The notes beneath the pieces were generated by a model that saw only the letters and a program-made list of their open reading frames with translations, did no database searches and was not told the origin of the DNA. A DNA stretch of 64,000 bases from assembly GCA_017631155.1 (NCBI GenBank), contig JAGBTV010000021.1, forward strand, positions 4-64,003, given 5' to 3'. The position numbers and the translations under genes were made by a program. Below are positions 33,516-43,123 of the stretch, piece after piece. The DNA is from Oscillospiraceae bacterium (GTDB lineage Bacteria; Bacillota; Clostridia; Oscillospirales; Oscillospiraceae). Numbering within the stretch: the stretch's first letter is position 1; every line of letters starts with the position of its first letter.

Positions 33516-34703
33516 ATGGAAAGAAAAGTGGGAACAACATCCCGTGGTATTCGTGGCCCCATCATTCGTGAAGGCGATGATATGGCTGCAATCGTGGTCA
33601 ACAGTGTTTTGGAAGCAGCTGAGGCAGAGGGCTTTTCGCTGCAAAATCGTGATGTAGTGGCGGTAACTGAGTCCGTTGTGGCTCGCGCCCAGGGTAATTA
33701 CGCATCTGTGGATGCGATTTGTAAGGACGTTCAGGCAAAGTTGGGTACTGAGACCATCGGTGTCATTTTCCCCATTCTGTCCCGGAATCGTTTTGCTATC
33801 TGCCTGCGGGGTATCGCCCGGGCAGCCAAGAAGATCGTTCTGATGCTGAGCTACCCCTCCGATGAGGTGGGCAACGAGCTGGTATCTTTGGACAAGCTGG
33901 ATGAAGCCGGTGTGAATCCTTACTCCGATGTTCTGACCGAGCAGGAATACCGTAAGCTCTTCGGTGAGAATCTGCATCCTTTTACGCTGGTTGACTATGT
34001 GAAGTATTACGGCGACTTAATCCGGGAGGAAGGCGCTGAGGCAGAGATCATCTTTGCCAACAATCCCCGGGTTATTTTGAACTATACCAAGAATGTGCTC
34101 CACTGCGATATCCACACCCGGGCCCGGACCCATCGGATCCTGCTGGCCGGTGGCGGAGAGCGCGTCTGCGGACTGGATGATATCCTCAATGCACCTGTGG
34201 ATGGCAGCGGCTGTAACGAGCAGTACGGTCTGCTGGGTTCCAATAAGGCTACCGAGAGCACCATCAAGCTGTTCCCCCGGGAATGCACCGATTTGGTAAT
34301 GGAGATCCAAAAGCAGTTTATGGAGAAGACCGGTAAGCTCATCGAGGTTATGGTCTACGGTGACGGTGCATTTAAAGACCCTGTGGGCAAGATTTGGGAG
34401 CTGGCTGACCCGGTGGTTTCTCCTGCCTACACCCCCGGCTTGGAGGGTACGCCCAACGAGCTGAAGCTGAAGTACCTGGCAGATAATGATTTTGCAGGTC
34501 TTTCCGGTGCGGAGCTGAAGGCTGCTATCGAAAAGGCTATCAAAGCCAAGGGTGACCTGGCTGGCTCCATGGCTTCTCAGGGTACCACACCCCGTCGCCT
34601 GACGGATCTGATCGGCTCTTTGTGCGATCTGACCTCCGGTTCCGGCGATAAGGGTACACCCATTATCCTGGTTCAGGGTTATTTCGATAACTATACCAAC
34701 TGA
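33516..34703 (+). CDS. Coenzyme F420-0:L-glutamate ligase (CofE)-like protein
   Basis: GIRGPIIREGDD, VVAVTESVVARAQG, DLIGSLCDLTSGSGDKGTP. Confidence 0.82.
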   Translation: MERKVGTTSRGIRGPIIREGDDMAAIVVNSVLEAAEAEGFSLQNRDVVAVTESVVARAQGNYASVDAICKDVQAKLGTETIGVIFPILSRNRFAICLRGIARAAKKIVLMLSYPSDEVGNELVSLDKLDEAGVNPYSDVLTEQEYRKLFGENLHPFTLVDYVKYYGDLIREEGAEAEIIFANNPRVILNYTKNVLHCDIHTRARTHRILLAGGGERVCGLDDILNAPVDGSGCNEQYGLLGSNKATESTIKLFPRECTDLVMEIQKQFMEKTGKLIEVMVYGDGAFKDPVGKIWELADPVVSPAYTPGLEGTPNELKLKYLADNDFAGLSGAELKAAIEKAIKAKGDLAGSMASQGTTPRRLTDLIGSLCDLTSGSGDKGTPIILVQGYFDNYTN

Positions 34704-34728
34704 TTCAAACAGATTCATATGGTTTTTA

Positions 34729-34766
34729 GCGGAGTGGCACAGCATTGTCGGTGCCACTCCGTTTTT
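34729..34766 (+). terminator. Intrinsic terminator
   Basis: GCGGAGTGGCAC..GTGCCACTCCGT + T-run. Confidence 0.75.
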
Positions 34767-34954
34767 CGTTTGGTAACACCCTGAAAGACTTTCCTGCTGT
34801 GGCGGACGCTTGTGCACCCTGCGTGAAAGAATACGAAAAAATGACGAAAATAGGCATTGAAATCTTTAGCACTTTCGTGTATAATGTCTTTATTGTGGTA
34901 CCTCGGTACCAAACAGTAAGGGGGAGGCGTTGCTTCCCGAAAGGAGTAATTTTC

Positions 34955-37021
34955 ATGTACACAGTTAACGCGATTCGTAATATCTGCCTGCTGGGTCACT
35001 CCGGCAGTGGTAAGTCTGCCTTGGCAGAGAGCTTGCTCTATATGACCGGCGCTATTGACCGTATGGGCAAGAATGCCGATGGCAACACCGTTTGTGACTT
35101 TGACCCCGAGGAAATCCGCCGCAACATTTCTATTTCCACTGCGGTTGTGCCTCTGGAGTATCATAATACGAAGATCAATGTTTTGGATACCCCCGGTGGA
35201 TTTGACTTCTCCGGTGCTGTTATGGAAGCCCTCCGCGCTGCAGACGCAGCGATCCTGGTTCTGTCTGCTAAGGACGGTATCACCGTTGGCTTCGAGAAAG
35301 CCTGGAAGTACTGTGAAGAGCGGAATATGCCCCGCTTTATCTACATCTCCAAGGTGGATGAGGATAACTCCGACTATAATGCTACCTTTGAGGCGCTGCG
35401 CGAAAAGTACGGCAATAAGATCGCACCTGTGGTGGTTCCCATTTGGGATGCTTCCAAGAAGGTCACCGGTATCATTGATGTGGTGAACAAGCGCGCCTAT
35501 GAGATGCAGAAGCTGAAGAGAGTGGAGATCGAGGTTCCTGCTGACAAGGAGTCCGTCATCGAGGAGTTCTACGATGCACTGAAGGAAGCCGTTGCTGAGA
35601 CCGATGAGGCTCTGATGGATCGCTTCTTCGAGGGTGATGACTTTACTTATGCTGAGATGATCAATGGCCTGCACCAGGGTGTGAAGGAACTGAGCCTGTT
35701 CCCCGTGCTTTGCGGCTCTGCTGTGAACTGCCTGGGTAGCCTGATGCTGATGGATCAGATCGTCAACCTGCTTCCCAACCCCGAGCAGGGCAACTACCAC
35801 AAGGCTACTACTGCTGACGGAAAGGTGGAAGAATTCATCGTTTCTGCCGGCGGCGTTCCCTCCGCATTCGTTTGGAAGACCGTTTCTGACCAGTACGGCA
35901 AGTACTCCTTCATTAAGGTTCTGTCCGGCATCATCAACTCCGATACCACTCTGGTCAATGCCCGTACCGGTGAGACCGAGAAGCTGGGCCGCCTGTACAC
36001 CATGTGCGGCAAGAAGAACACCGAAATCAAGGAACTGGGCTGCGGTGACATCGGTGCCATCGGCAAGATGGATAAGGTCAAGACCGGCGATACTCTGTGC
36101 GATCCCAGAAAGGTCGTTTCTCTGAAGCAGATCCCCTATGCAGAGCCTTGCTACAGCATGGCCATCGCTCCCAAGGTCAAGGGTCAGGAAGAAAAGGTCG
36201 GTACCGGCCTGAACCGTCTGAATGAGGAAGATCCCTCCTTCACGCTGTTCAACAACGCCGAGACCCATCAGCTGGTGCTGTCCGGTGCCGGCGATCAGCA
36301 GCTGGATGTGCTGGTTGCCAAGCTGAAGTCCCGCTTCGGTGTGGATGCCGTTCTGAGCCCCGCAAAGGTTGCCTACCGCGAGAAGATCAAGAAGAAGGTG
36401 GAAGCTCACGGCCGTCATAAGAAGCAGACCGGCGGCAGCGGCCAGTTCGGTGACGTTTGGGTTCGCTTCGAGCCTCAGGAAGAGCAGGACGATCTGATCT
36501 TTGATGTGGCTGTTGTTGGTGGCGCAGTTCCCAAGAACTTCAACCCCGCTGTTGAAAAGGGCTTGCAGGAAGCCGTTCTGAGAGGCCCCCTGGCCGGTTA
36601 TCCCATGGTTGGCCTGAAGGCGACCCTGTACGATGGCTCTTACCACCCCGTTGACTCCAACGAAATGGCATTTAAGCTGGCTGCCATCCTGTCCTTCAAG
36701 GAAGCTATGCCCAACGCAATGCCCACTCTGCTGGAGCCTGTGGGTGCCCTGGCCGTTACCATCCCCGATAGCTACATGGGCGATGTCATCGGCGACCTGA
36801 ACAAGCGCCGCGGCCGTGTCATGGGTATGAACCCCGATAAGGACGGCAACACCGTTGTTGAGGCCGAGGTTCCCATGGCTGAGATGAGCACCTATGCCAT
36901 CGACCTGCGGGCTATGACCCAGGCAAGAGGCTCCTTCACCCTGAAGTTTGAGCGCTATGAGGAAGTCCCCAAGGCCAACCAGCAGAAGATCATCGACGAG
37001 GCCAAGAAGGAAGAAGACTAA
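34955..37021 (+). CDS. Elongation factor G paralogue (EF-G2/FusA-like)
   Basis: AAGGAG RBS before ATG 34955; GHSGSGKS, DTPGGFDF, SKVD, KKQTGGSGQFG, DGSYHPVDSNEMAF, LLEP, GDLNKRRG; not in an str operon. Confidence 0.92.
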   Translation: MYTVNAIRNICLLGHSGSGKSALAESLLYMTGAIDRMGKNADGNTVCDFDPEEIRRNISISTAVVPLEYHNTKINVLDTPGGFDFSGAVMEALRAADAAILVLSAKDGITVGFEKAWKYCEERNMPRFIYISKVDEDNSDYNATFEALREKYGNKIAPVVVPIWDASKKVTGIIDVVNKRAYEMQKLKRVEIEVPADKESVIEEFYDALKEAVAETDEALMDRFFEGDDFTYAEMINGLHQGVKELSLFPVLCGSAVNCLGSLMLMDQIVNLLPNPEQGNYHKATTADGKVEEFIVSAGGVPSAFVWKTVSDQYGKYSFIKVLSGIINSDTTLVNARTGETEKLGRLYTMCGKKNTEIKELGCGDIGAIGKMDKVKTGDTLCDPRKVVSLKQIPYAEPCYSMAIAPKVKGQEEKVGTGLNRLNEEDPSFTLFNNAETHQLVLSGAGDQQLDVLVAKLKSRFGVDAVLSPAKVAYREKIKKKVEAHGRHKKQTGGSGQFGDVWVRFEPQEEQDDLIFDVAVVGGAVPKNFNPAVEKGLQEAVLRGPLAGYPMVGLKATLYDGSYHPVDSNEMAFKLAAILSFKEAMPNAMPTLLEPVGALAVTIPDSYMGDVIGDLNKRRGRVMGMNPDKDGNTVVEAEVPMAEMSTYAIDLRAMTQARGSFTLKFERYEEVPKANQQKIIDEAKKEED

Positions 37022-37032
37022 TATTCCAAACC

Positions 37033-37068
37033 AAAGGGCTTGTTGCGATTTTGCAACAAGCCCTTTTT
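37033..37068 (+). terminator. Intrinsic terminator
   Basis: AAAGGGCTTGTTGC..GCAACAAGCCCTTTTT. Confidence 0.8.
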
Positions 37069-37130
37069 CTGATTTGCATTTTGATATCATCTGCAGTATA
37101 CTGTAGCAAAACAATCAGGAGGGATAGGCT

Positions 37131-37574
37131 GTGAATATTCGCCCAATGGAACAAAAGGATTTTGATAAGGTGCTGGAAATGATGAAGGTGTTTTATGCAT
37201 CCGATGCGCTGCTGGTCCACCCGGAAGAGCCTGTGCTGCGAAAAACTCTGGCAGATGCCATTGAAGCCGGTCCTTATGTGGAAGGTTTTGTGTTTTGCCG
37301 GGAGGAAACATTGGCAGGTTACGGTATGGTCGCCAAAAGCTACTCCACGGAAATGGGCGGCAAATGTGTTTGGATCGAGGATATCTATATCCGCCCTGAA
37401 TTCCGGGGACAGGGCCTTGGCACAGGCTTTTTAAAGTTTGTTGAGGAGCGTTACCGGAATTGGGCTGTCCGCCTTCGTCTGGAAGCCGAGGAAGAAAACG
37501 AAAAAGCCATGAAAGTCTACCGAAACGCCGGCTTTGAAACCCTGGGCTATATCCAGTTAGTCAAGACAATCTAA
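37131..37574 (+). CDS. GNAT family N-acetyltransferase
   Basis: IEDIYIRPEFRGQGLG, NEKAMKVYRNAGF. Confidence 0.92.
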   Translation: MNIRPMEQKDFDKVLEMMKVFYASDALLVHPEEPVLRKTLADAIEAGPYVEGFVFCREETLAGYGMVAKSYSTEMGGKCVWIEDIYIRPEFRGQGLGTGFLKFVEERYRNWAVRLRLEAEEENEKAMKVYRNAGFETLGYIQLVKTI

Positions 37575-37729
37575 ACAATTATGTCGGGGCCGGCGTTTTC
37601 GCCGGTCCTTTATTATTGCCGATAACCGATGAGGTGGCAGAAACGACCGAAGGGGTCCAAAAGCAACATAATTGCAATTTTGTTTGTTATGATAATGCTG
37701 CAAGTGCAAATGAAAGGAATGGATACGCC

Positions 37730-38458
37730 ATGGTAGCGATTAAAATGGCAGGACTTACCAAGAAGTACAAAAACTTAACGGCAGTGGATGCCATTGATTT
37801 GGAGATCCGGCAAGGGGAATTGTTTTCTTTACTGGGTGTTAACGGCGCAGGAAAGACCACGACCATTAAATTGCTGACCTGTCTGACAAAACCGACAAAT
37901 GGTGATGCTTTTGTGGGTGGCTATAGCATTACCAAAGAACCGAACCAAGTCAAGCAGCTGATTGGCGTATCCCCACAGGAAACGGCGGTTGCACCTAACT
38001 TATCGGTAGAAGAGAACTTGACGCTTATCTGCGGCATCCACGGTTTTTCCAAAGAAACAGCGAAAGAGAGAATCAGAGAGCTTGACCGGCAATTCGGGCT
38101 GCATGCTGTTTTGCGGAAAAAAGCCGGGGAGCTGTCCGGCGGTTGGCAGCGTCGGGTCAGCATAGCCATGGCGCTGATTAGCCAGCCTCAAATTCTGTTT
38201 TTGGATGAGCCGACCCTAGGCCTGGATGTCATGGCAAGGCATGAGCTTTGGGAAGCGATTCAAGGGTTGAAAGGGAAGACAACCATCATTTTGACCACCC
38301 ATTATATGGAGGAAGCACAGGCGCTTTCAGACCGGATCGGCATTCTAAAAGACGGAAGCCTTCTTGCGGTGGGAACGGTGGAGGAACTGAACCGAAAGGC
38401 CGGAACCCATGATTTTGAAACGGCTTTTGTTTCTCTTGTGAGGGGGGCTGGGCGATGA
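37730..38458 (+). CDS. ABC-2 type transporter ATP-binding protein
   Basis: GVNGAGKT, LSGGWQRR, FLDEPT, TTHYMEEA. Confidence 0.93.
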   Translation: MVAIKMAGLTKKYKNLTAVDAIDLEIRQGELFSLLGVNGAGKTTTIKLLTCLTKPTNGDAFVGGYSITKEPNQVKQLIGVSPQETAVAPNLSVEENLTLICGIHGFSKETAKERIRELDRQFGLHAVLRKKAGELSGGWQRRVSIAMALISQPQILFLDEPTLGLDVMARHELWEAIQGLKGKTTIILTTHYMEEAQALSDRIGILKDGSLLAVGTVEELNRKAGTHDFETAFVSLVRGAGR

Positions 38459-39186
38459 GAATGCTGACTTTTGCCCAAAGATGTACAAAAGAAATTTTGC
38501 GGGATCCTATCAATCTTGGCTTCGGTTTGGGCTTTCCTTTGGCGTTGCTGTTGCTGCTGAGCGCCATGCAGACCAATATCCCGGTGGATCTGTTCGGGAT
38601 CGACACCTTGACTCCGGGCATTACGGTTTTTGGAATGTCCTTTATGACCCTTTTTACTGCGACGCTGATTGCCAAAGACCGGGAAAGTGCGCTCTTGCAG
38701 AGATTGTACACCACACCTCTGACAGGCTTGGAATTTATCCTGGGGTATATGCTGCCGATTTTGCCCATTGCCCTGGCACAGACTGTGATTTGTTATCTGT
38801 TTGCAGTTCCTTTGGGTTTGACTGTTAGCGTAAATGTGGTTTATGCTATTCTTGGGATGATTCCCGTGGCGATTTTTTATATTGCCTTGGGACTTTTGTG
38901 CGGCAGTATTTTAGGTGTGAAACAGGTAGGCGGTATTTGCGGTGCGCTGCTTACCAATCTTTCGGCATGGCTTTCCGGAGTGTGGTTTGACTTAAATCTT
39001 TTGGGCGGTACATTTTCCCAAATTGCCAATGCGCTTCCTTTTGTACACGCAGTGGAAATGGAAAAAGCCCTGTGTTGCGGAGACTTTGCGCTAGCGATGT
39101 CCCACATTCTGCCGATCCTGTTGTACGGCGTGGGGATCGCAGTAATTGCCGTGTTTTGTTTTCTCACACAAATGCGGAAACAGTAA
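38455..39186 (+). CDS. ABC-2 type transporter permease
   Basis: Six TM, KDRESALLQRLYTTP; ATGA overlap with the ATPase gene. Confidence 0.9.
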   Translation: MRMLTFAQRCTKEILRDPINLGFGLGFPLALLLLLSAMQTNIPVDLFGIDTLTPGITVFGMSFMTLFTATLIAKDRESALLQRLYTTPLTGLEFILGYMLPILPIALAQTVICYLFAVPLGLTVSVNVVYAILGMIPVAIFYIALGLLCGSILGVKQVGGICGALLTNLSAWLSGVWFDLNLLGGTFSQIANALPFVHAVEMEKALCCGDFALAMSHILPILLYGVGIAVIAVFCFLTQMRKQ

Positions 39187-39366
39187 AGGATCAAAATAAA
39201 AAGGGCTTGTTGCAAAATGCTGCAATAAGCCCTAAAACCATGCCAATATCACGGCCTGCGCACCTGGGGGGCGAAGGTTGTGCATGGAAGCGATATTGAG
39301 GCTTACCCTTGTCTTTTCCGGGGAAATATGCTATGCTTTTATTAGTAATCGGAAAAGGAGACAACC

Positions 39367-40662
39367 ATGCTTCCGCAAGCTTTTTTAGATAGAATTGAGA
39401 TGCAGTTGGGGGAGGAATATCCCCAATTTTTGCAAAGTTTGGAACAGCCCCGGGCGGTTGCTCTGCGGTTTAACCCGCTGAAGGGGGAAGCACCCGGACT
39501 TCCTTTTGTAAAAGAACCTGTTCCCTGGGAGCCTATGGGATATTATTACGATCCTGAGGCCCGGCCGGGTCTGCACCCATTTCACGAGGCTGGCGTATAT
39601 TATCTACAGGAGGCCAGCGCCATGGCACCTGTAACGCTGTTAGATCCCCAACCCGGTGAGAGGATCTGCGATCTGTGCGCTGCCCCAGGGGGAAAATCCA
39701 CCCAGATCGCCGGCAGACTGGGAGGCGAAGGTTTCCTGCTTTGTAATGAGTTCAACCCGAAACGGGCGAAGATCCTTTCCCGGAATGTAGAGCGTATGGG
39801 GATATCCAATGCTTTGGTGACCAATGCCCATCCTGAGGATTTGGCAAAGCGATTGCCGGGCTTTTTTGACCGGGTGCTGGTGGATGCCCCTTGTTCCGGA
39901 GAGGGAATGTTCCGAAAGGAAGAGGCGGCAGTTACCGACTGGAGTCAGGAAACGGTGGAAATGTGCGCCCGTCGACAGGTGGAGATCCTGGGTTCTGCTG
40001 CCCGGTTAGTTCGTCCCGGTGGTCGGCTGGTTTACTCTACCTGTACTTTTGCTCCGGAAGAGAACGAGGAAACAGTAAAGGCCTTTTTGGTAGAAAATCC
40101 GGATTTTTACCCGGTTGAAATGGATGCACCTTGGTTTACACCGGCAGGCCCCGGACAGTTCCGCCTGTGGCCTCATAAACTCCGGGGAGAAGGCCATTTT
40201 GCTGCAGTACTCCAGCGAGTTGGGGAAGAACCCTGCACAGGGGATGCTGTTTTGGGAGAAAAACTGCCAAAGCTGTGGCAGGAATTTGCCAAAGGATTGG
40301 GGATTCAGCTTCCTACCGGCAAGGCCATCACCTTTGGTACAGCGCTTTATTGGGTGCCGGAAGATATGCCGACCTTAAAAGGTCTTAAGGTCTTGCGTCC
40401 CGGTTTGGAGCTGGGAATGGTGAAGAAAGACCGTTTTGAGCCGGCTCATGCCTTGGCATTATGGCTGCGTACCTGTCAAAATGTGCAGGACTTTCCTGCC
40501 GACTGCCAGGAGATCCGCAAATACATGGGCGGAGACGTGGTACCTTCCCAGAAAAAAGGCTGGTGCCTGGTAACGGCAGACGGCTATTCTTTGGGGTGGG
40601 GAAAAGGCGACGGAACGGTGCTGAAAAACCACTATCCCAAAGGACTTCGGCGGCCTCTTTGA
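39367..40662 (+). CDS. RsmF/RsmB-type (NOL1/NOP2) rRNA m5C methyltransferase
   Basis: YYLQEASAM, DLCAAPGGKS, VDAPCSGEGMFRK, YSTCTF, LKNHYPKGLR. Confidence 0.93.
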   Translation: MLPQAFLDRIEMQLGEEYPQFLQSLEQPRAVALRFNPLKGEAPGLPFVKEPVPWEPMGYYYDPEARPGLHPFHEAGVYYLQEASAMAPVTLLDPQPGERICDLCAAPGGKSTQIAGRLGGEGFLLCNEFNPKRAKILSRNVERMGISNALVTNAHPEDLAKRLPGFFDRVLVDAPCSGEGMFRKEEAAVTDWSQETVEMCARRQVEILGSAARLVRPGGRLVYSTCTFAPEENEETVKAFLVENPDFYPVEMDAPWFTPAGPGQFRLWPHKLRGEGHFAAVLQRVGEEPCTGDAVLGEKLPKLWQEFAKGLGIQLPTGKAITFGTALYWVPEDMPTLKGLKVLRPGLELGMVKKDRFEPAHALALWLRTCQNVQDFPADCQEIRKYMGGDVVPSQKKGWCLVTADGYSLGWGKGDGTVLKNHYPKGLRRPL

Positions 40663-40764
40663 AATTATCCTTTACAGAAGCGAGAAGCTGTGATATAATT
40701 AACAAACTGTAATCAAATGATGTCAGATGAATTATGATTAAGATTTGCAAGGAGAGGATTATCC

Positions 40765-42030
40765 TTGGCTCGATATGAAATTCACGGCGGTGTTCCGCTG
40801 AAAGGAAGCATTGCTATCAGCGGTGCAAAGAATGCAGCTGTGGCCATTCTTCCGGCAGCTCTTTTGGTGAGAGGCACTTGCCGTATTGAAAATATACCGG
40901 ATATTTCCGATGTACGGATCATGATCTCTATCCTGCAAAAGATGGGCGCTCAGATCCAGTTTCCCCAACCGGATGTCATTGAAATTGACTGTACCAATGT
41001 GACTTGTACCTGTCCCGATGCGGAATTGGTAACGCAAATGCGTGCCAGCTACTATCTGATGGGCGCTCTGCTGGGCAGAGAGGGAAAGGCCCATGTGGCA
41101 CTTCCCGGTGGCTGTAACTTTGCAGCCCGTCCCATTGACCAGCATATTAAAGGCTTCGCAGCTTTGGGTGCGGTGGTGGATGAGACTGAGGAATATGTGG
41201 ACCTTCAGACAGGCCTCGGCGGTCTGCGGGGCAACCGAATCAGCCTGGACGTAGTCAGTGTTGGCGCTACCGTAAATATTATGCTGGCGTCGGTATTGCT
41301 GTCTGGTCAGACGGTTATCGAAAACGCAGCCAAGGAGCCCCATATCGTGGACTTGGCGAACTTCCTGAATACCATGGGCGCCCATATTTCCGGTGCCGGT
41401 ACGGATACTGTGAAGATCCGCGGAGTAGAGGCTCTGCGTGGCGGTACTTATGCCATCATTCCCGACCAAATCGAAGCCGGTACATATTTGGCTGCGGCTG
41501 TGGCCACCGGTGGTAATGTTTTGGTTACCAATGTAATTCCCAAGCACTTGGAGTGCATTACCTCCAAATTTCAGGAAATGGGTGCGGAAGTGATCCATTA
41601 TGATGATGCTGTTCGTGTTCGCTGTAACGGACGCCTGCGGCATACCACCGTCAAGACCCGTCCCTATCCCGGTTTCCCTACGGATATGCAGGCACAGATC
41701 TGTGTGTGTATGTCCTTGGCCTCCGGTGTTAGCCGGCTGACGGAAAGTGTTTACGAGACCCGTTTCTTTGGCTATTGTACAGAGCTGCAGAGTATGGGCG
41801 CGGACATTCAGATCAACGGCAAGACAGCCATTGTTACCGGCACAGAATCTATTACCGGCACAACGGTGTATGCCCATGACTTGCGGGCTGGTGCTGCGCT
41901 GGTTATCGCTGGTTTGGCCGCTGAGGGAACCACCTTACTGGAAAATGTCCACTATGTGGAACGCGGCTATGAGAATTTGGCTGAAAAGCTGTCTTCCCTG
42001 GGCGCCCGGATCCGCAGAATTGAAGATTAA
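40765..42030 (+). CDS. murA: UDP-N-acetylglucosamine 1-carboxyvinyltransferase
   Basis: GAKNAA, MRAS, LPGGCNFAARPIDQH, PGFPTDMQ, DLRAGAAL, RGYE; TTG start. Confidence 0.96.
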   Translation: MARYEIHGGVPLKGSIAISGAKNAAVAILPAALLVRGTCRIENIPDISDVRIMISILQKMGAQIQFPQPDVIEIDCTNVTCTCPDAELVTQMRASYYLMGALLGREGKAHVALPGGCNFAARPIDQHIKGFAALGAVVDETEEYVDLQTGLGGLRGNRISLDVVSVGATVNIMLASVLLSGQTVIENAAKEPHIVDLANFLNTMGAHISGAGTDTVKIRGVEALRGGTYAIIPDQIEAGTYLAAAVATGGNVLVTNVIPKHLECITSKFQEMGAEVIHYDDAVRVRCNGRLRHTTVKTRPYPGFPTDMQAQICVCMSLASGVSRLTESVYETRFFGYCTELQSMGADIQINGKTAIVTGTESITGTTVYAHDLRAGAALVIAGLAAEGTTLLENVHYVERGYENLAEKLSSLGARIRRIED

Positions 42031-42031
42031 A

Positions 42032-42065
42032 AGAGAGCGCAATGCTGAGTCAGCATTGCGCTCTG
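42032..42065. terminator. Hairpin between convergent murA and cysK
   Basis: AGAGCGCAATGCTGA-g-TCAGCATTGCGCTCT. Confidence 0.7.
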
Positions 42066-42070
42066 CTTAG

Positions 42071-42997
42071 TTATTGGAAAAGTTCGGTGGACAGATACCG
42101 TTCTCCGGAGTCCGGGAGCAGAACCACAACGGTTTTGCCGGCATTTTCCTCTTTTTTGGCAGCTTCGATAGCTGCATGCAGGGCTGCACCGGAAGAAATT
42201 CCGGCTAAAACACCCTCAGCTTTACCCAGAAGTCTTGCGGCTTCGTAAGCCTCTGTTTCTGTTACTGGGTGAATCTCATCGTAGATGCCGGTGTCCAATA
42301 CACTGGGCACAAAATTGGCACCGATGCCCTGCAGACCGTGAGGGCCGGCAGTGCCTTTGCTGAGCAGAGGAGAGGCGGCAGGTTCTACACCCAAAATCTT
42401 CACATGGGGATTCTGTTGCTTCAGATACTTACCTGTACCGGTAATGGTACCGCCGGTGCCGATGCCGGCTACAAAGATGTCAACTTGCCCGTCGGTATCT
42501 GCCCAGATCTCCGGGCCGGTGGTATCGAGATGGGCCTGGGGATTGGCAGGATTGTCAAATTGACTGGGAATAAAGCTGCCGGGTTTTTCCATCGCCAACC
42601 GATTGGCCAAAGCAATGGCACCGGACATTCCTTCTTCTGCAGGGCTTAGTACTACCTCTGCGCCATAGGCGGTCATCAGAAGCTGGCGCTCTTTGCTCAT
42701 GTTTCCGGGCATGACGATGACGGCTCGATATCCCCGGGCAGCGGCTACCACAGCAAGTCCGATTCCGGTGTTGCCGGAGGTGGGTTCAATAATCAAAGCA
42801 CCCGGCTGAATCAGACCGGCCTGCTCTGCTGCATCCAGCATGGCTTTTGCCACGCGATCTTTGGCAGAACCGCCGGGATTGAAGCCCTCCAGTTTTGCCA
42901 AAAGCCGTGCCTTCAGCCCAAGCTTTTGCTGAATATGACGCAGCTCTAATAGCGGCGTGCGGCCAATCAGTTCTTCAACGGAAGTATAAACAGACAT
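42071..42997 (-). CDS. cysK: Cysteine synthase A
   Basis: NPGGSAKDR, EPTSGNTG, GIGTGGT, QGIGA, GISSGA, PDSGERYLST. Confidence 0.95.
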   Translation of the reverse strand: MSVYTSVEELIGRTPLLELRHIQQKLGLKARLLAKLEGFNPGGSAKDRVAKAMLDAAEQAGLIQPGALIIEPTSGNTGIGLAVVAAARGYRAVIVMPGNMSKERQLLMTAYGAEVVLSPAEEGMSGAIALANRLAMEKPGSFIPSQFDNPANPQAHLDTTGPEIWADTDGQVDIFVAGIGTGGTITGTGKYLKQQNPHVKILGVEPAASPLLSKGTAGPHGLQGIGANFVPSVLDTGIYDEIHPVTETEAYEAARLLGKAEGVLAGISSGAALHAAIEAAKKEENAGKTVVVLLPDSGERYLSTELFQ

Positions 42998-43123
42998 AAA
43001 GATACCCCCAAAAGTGTTTTTTCTATTATACAGAAAAAAGTACTGCTGTGTCAACGCTGTGTTTGCATTGACTTTATTTTCCGAGTATGGTATAAACAAG
43101 GAAAAGCGTAAGGAGTGATCGCC

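Noticed and set aside
34715-37114. 799-aa minus-strand ORF opposite the EF-G paralogue
   Set aside because: Antisense shadow; no protein-like motifs.
39244-39298. Imperfect hairpin (CAATATC..GATATTG) upstream of the rRNA methyltransferase gene
   Set aside because: No recognisable RNA family motif; could be chance.
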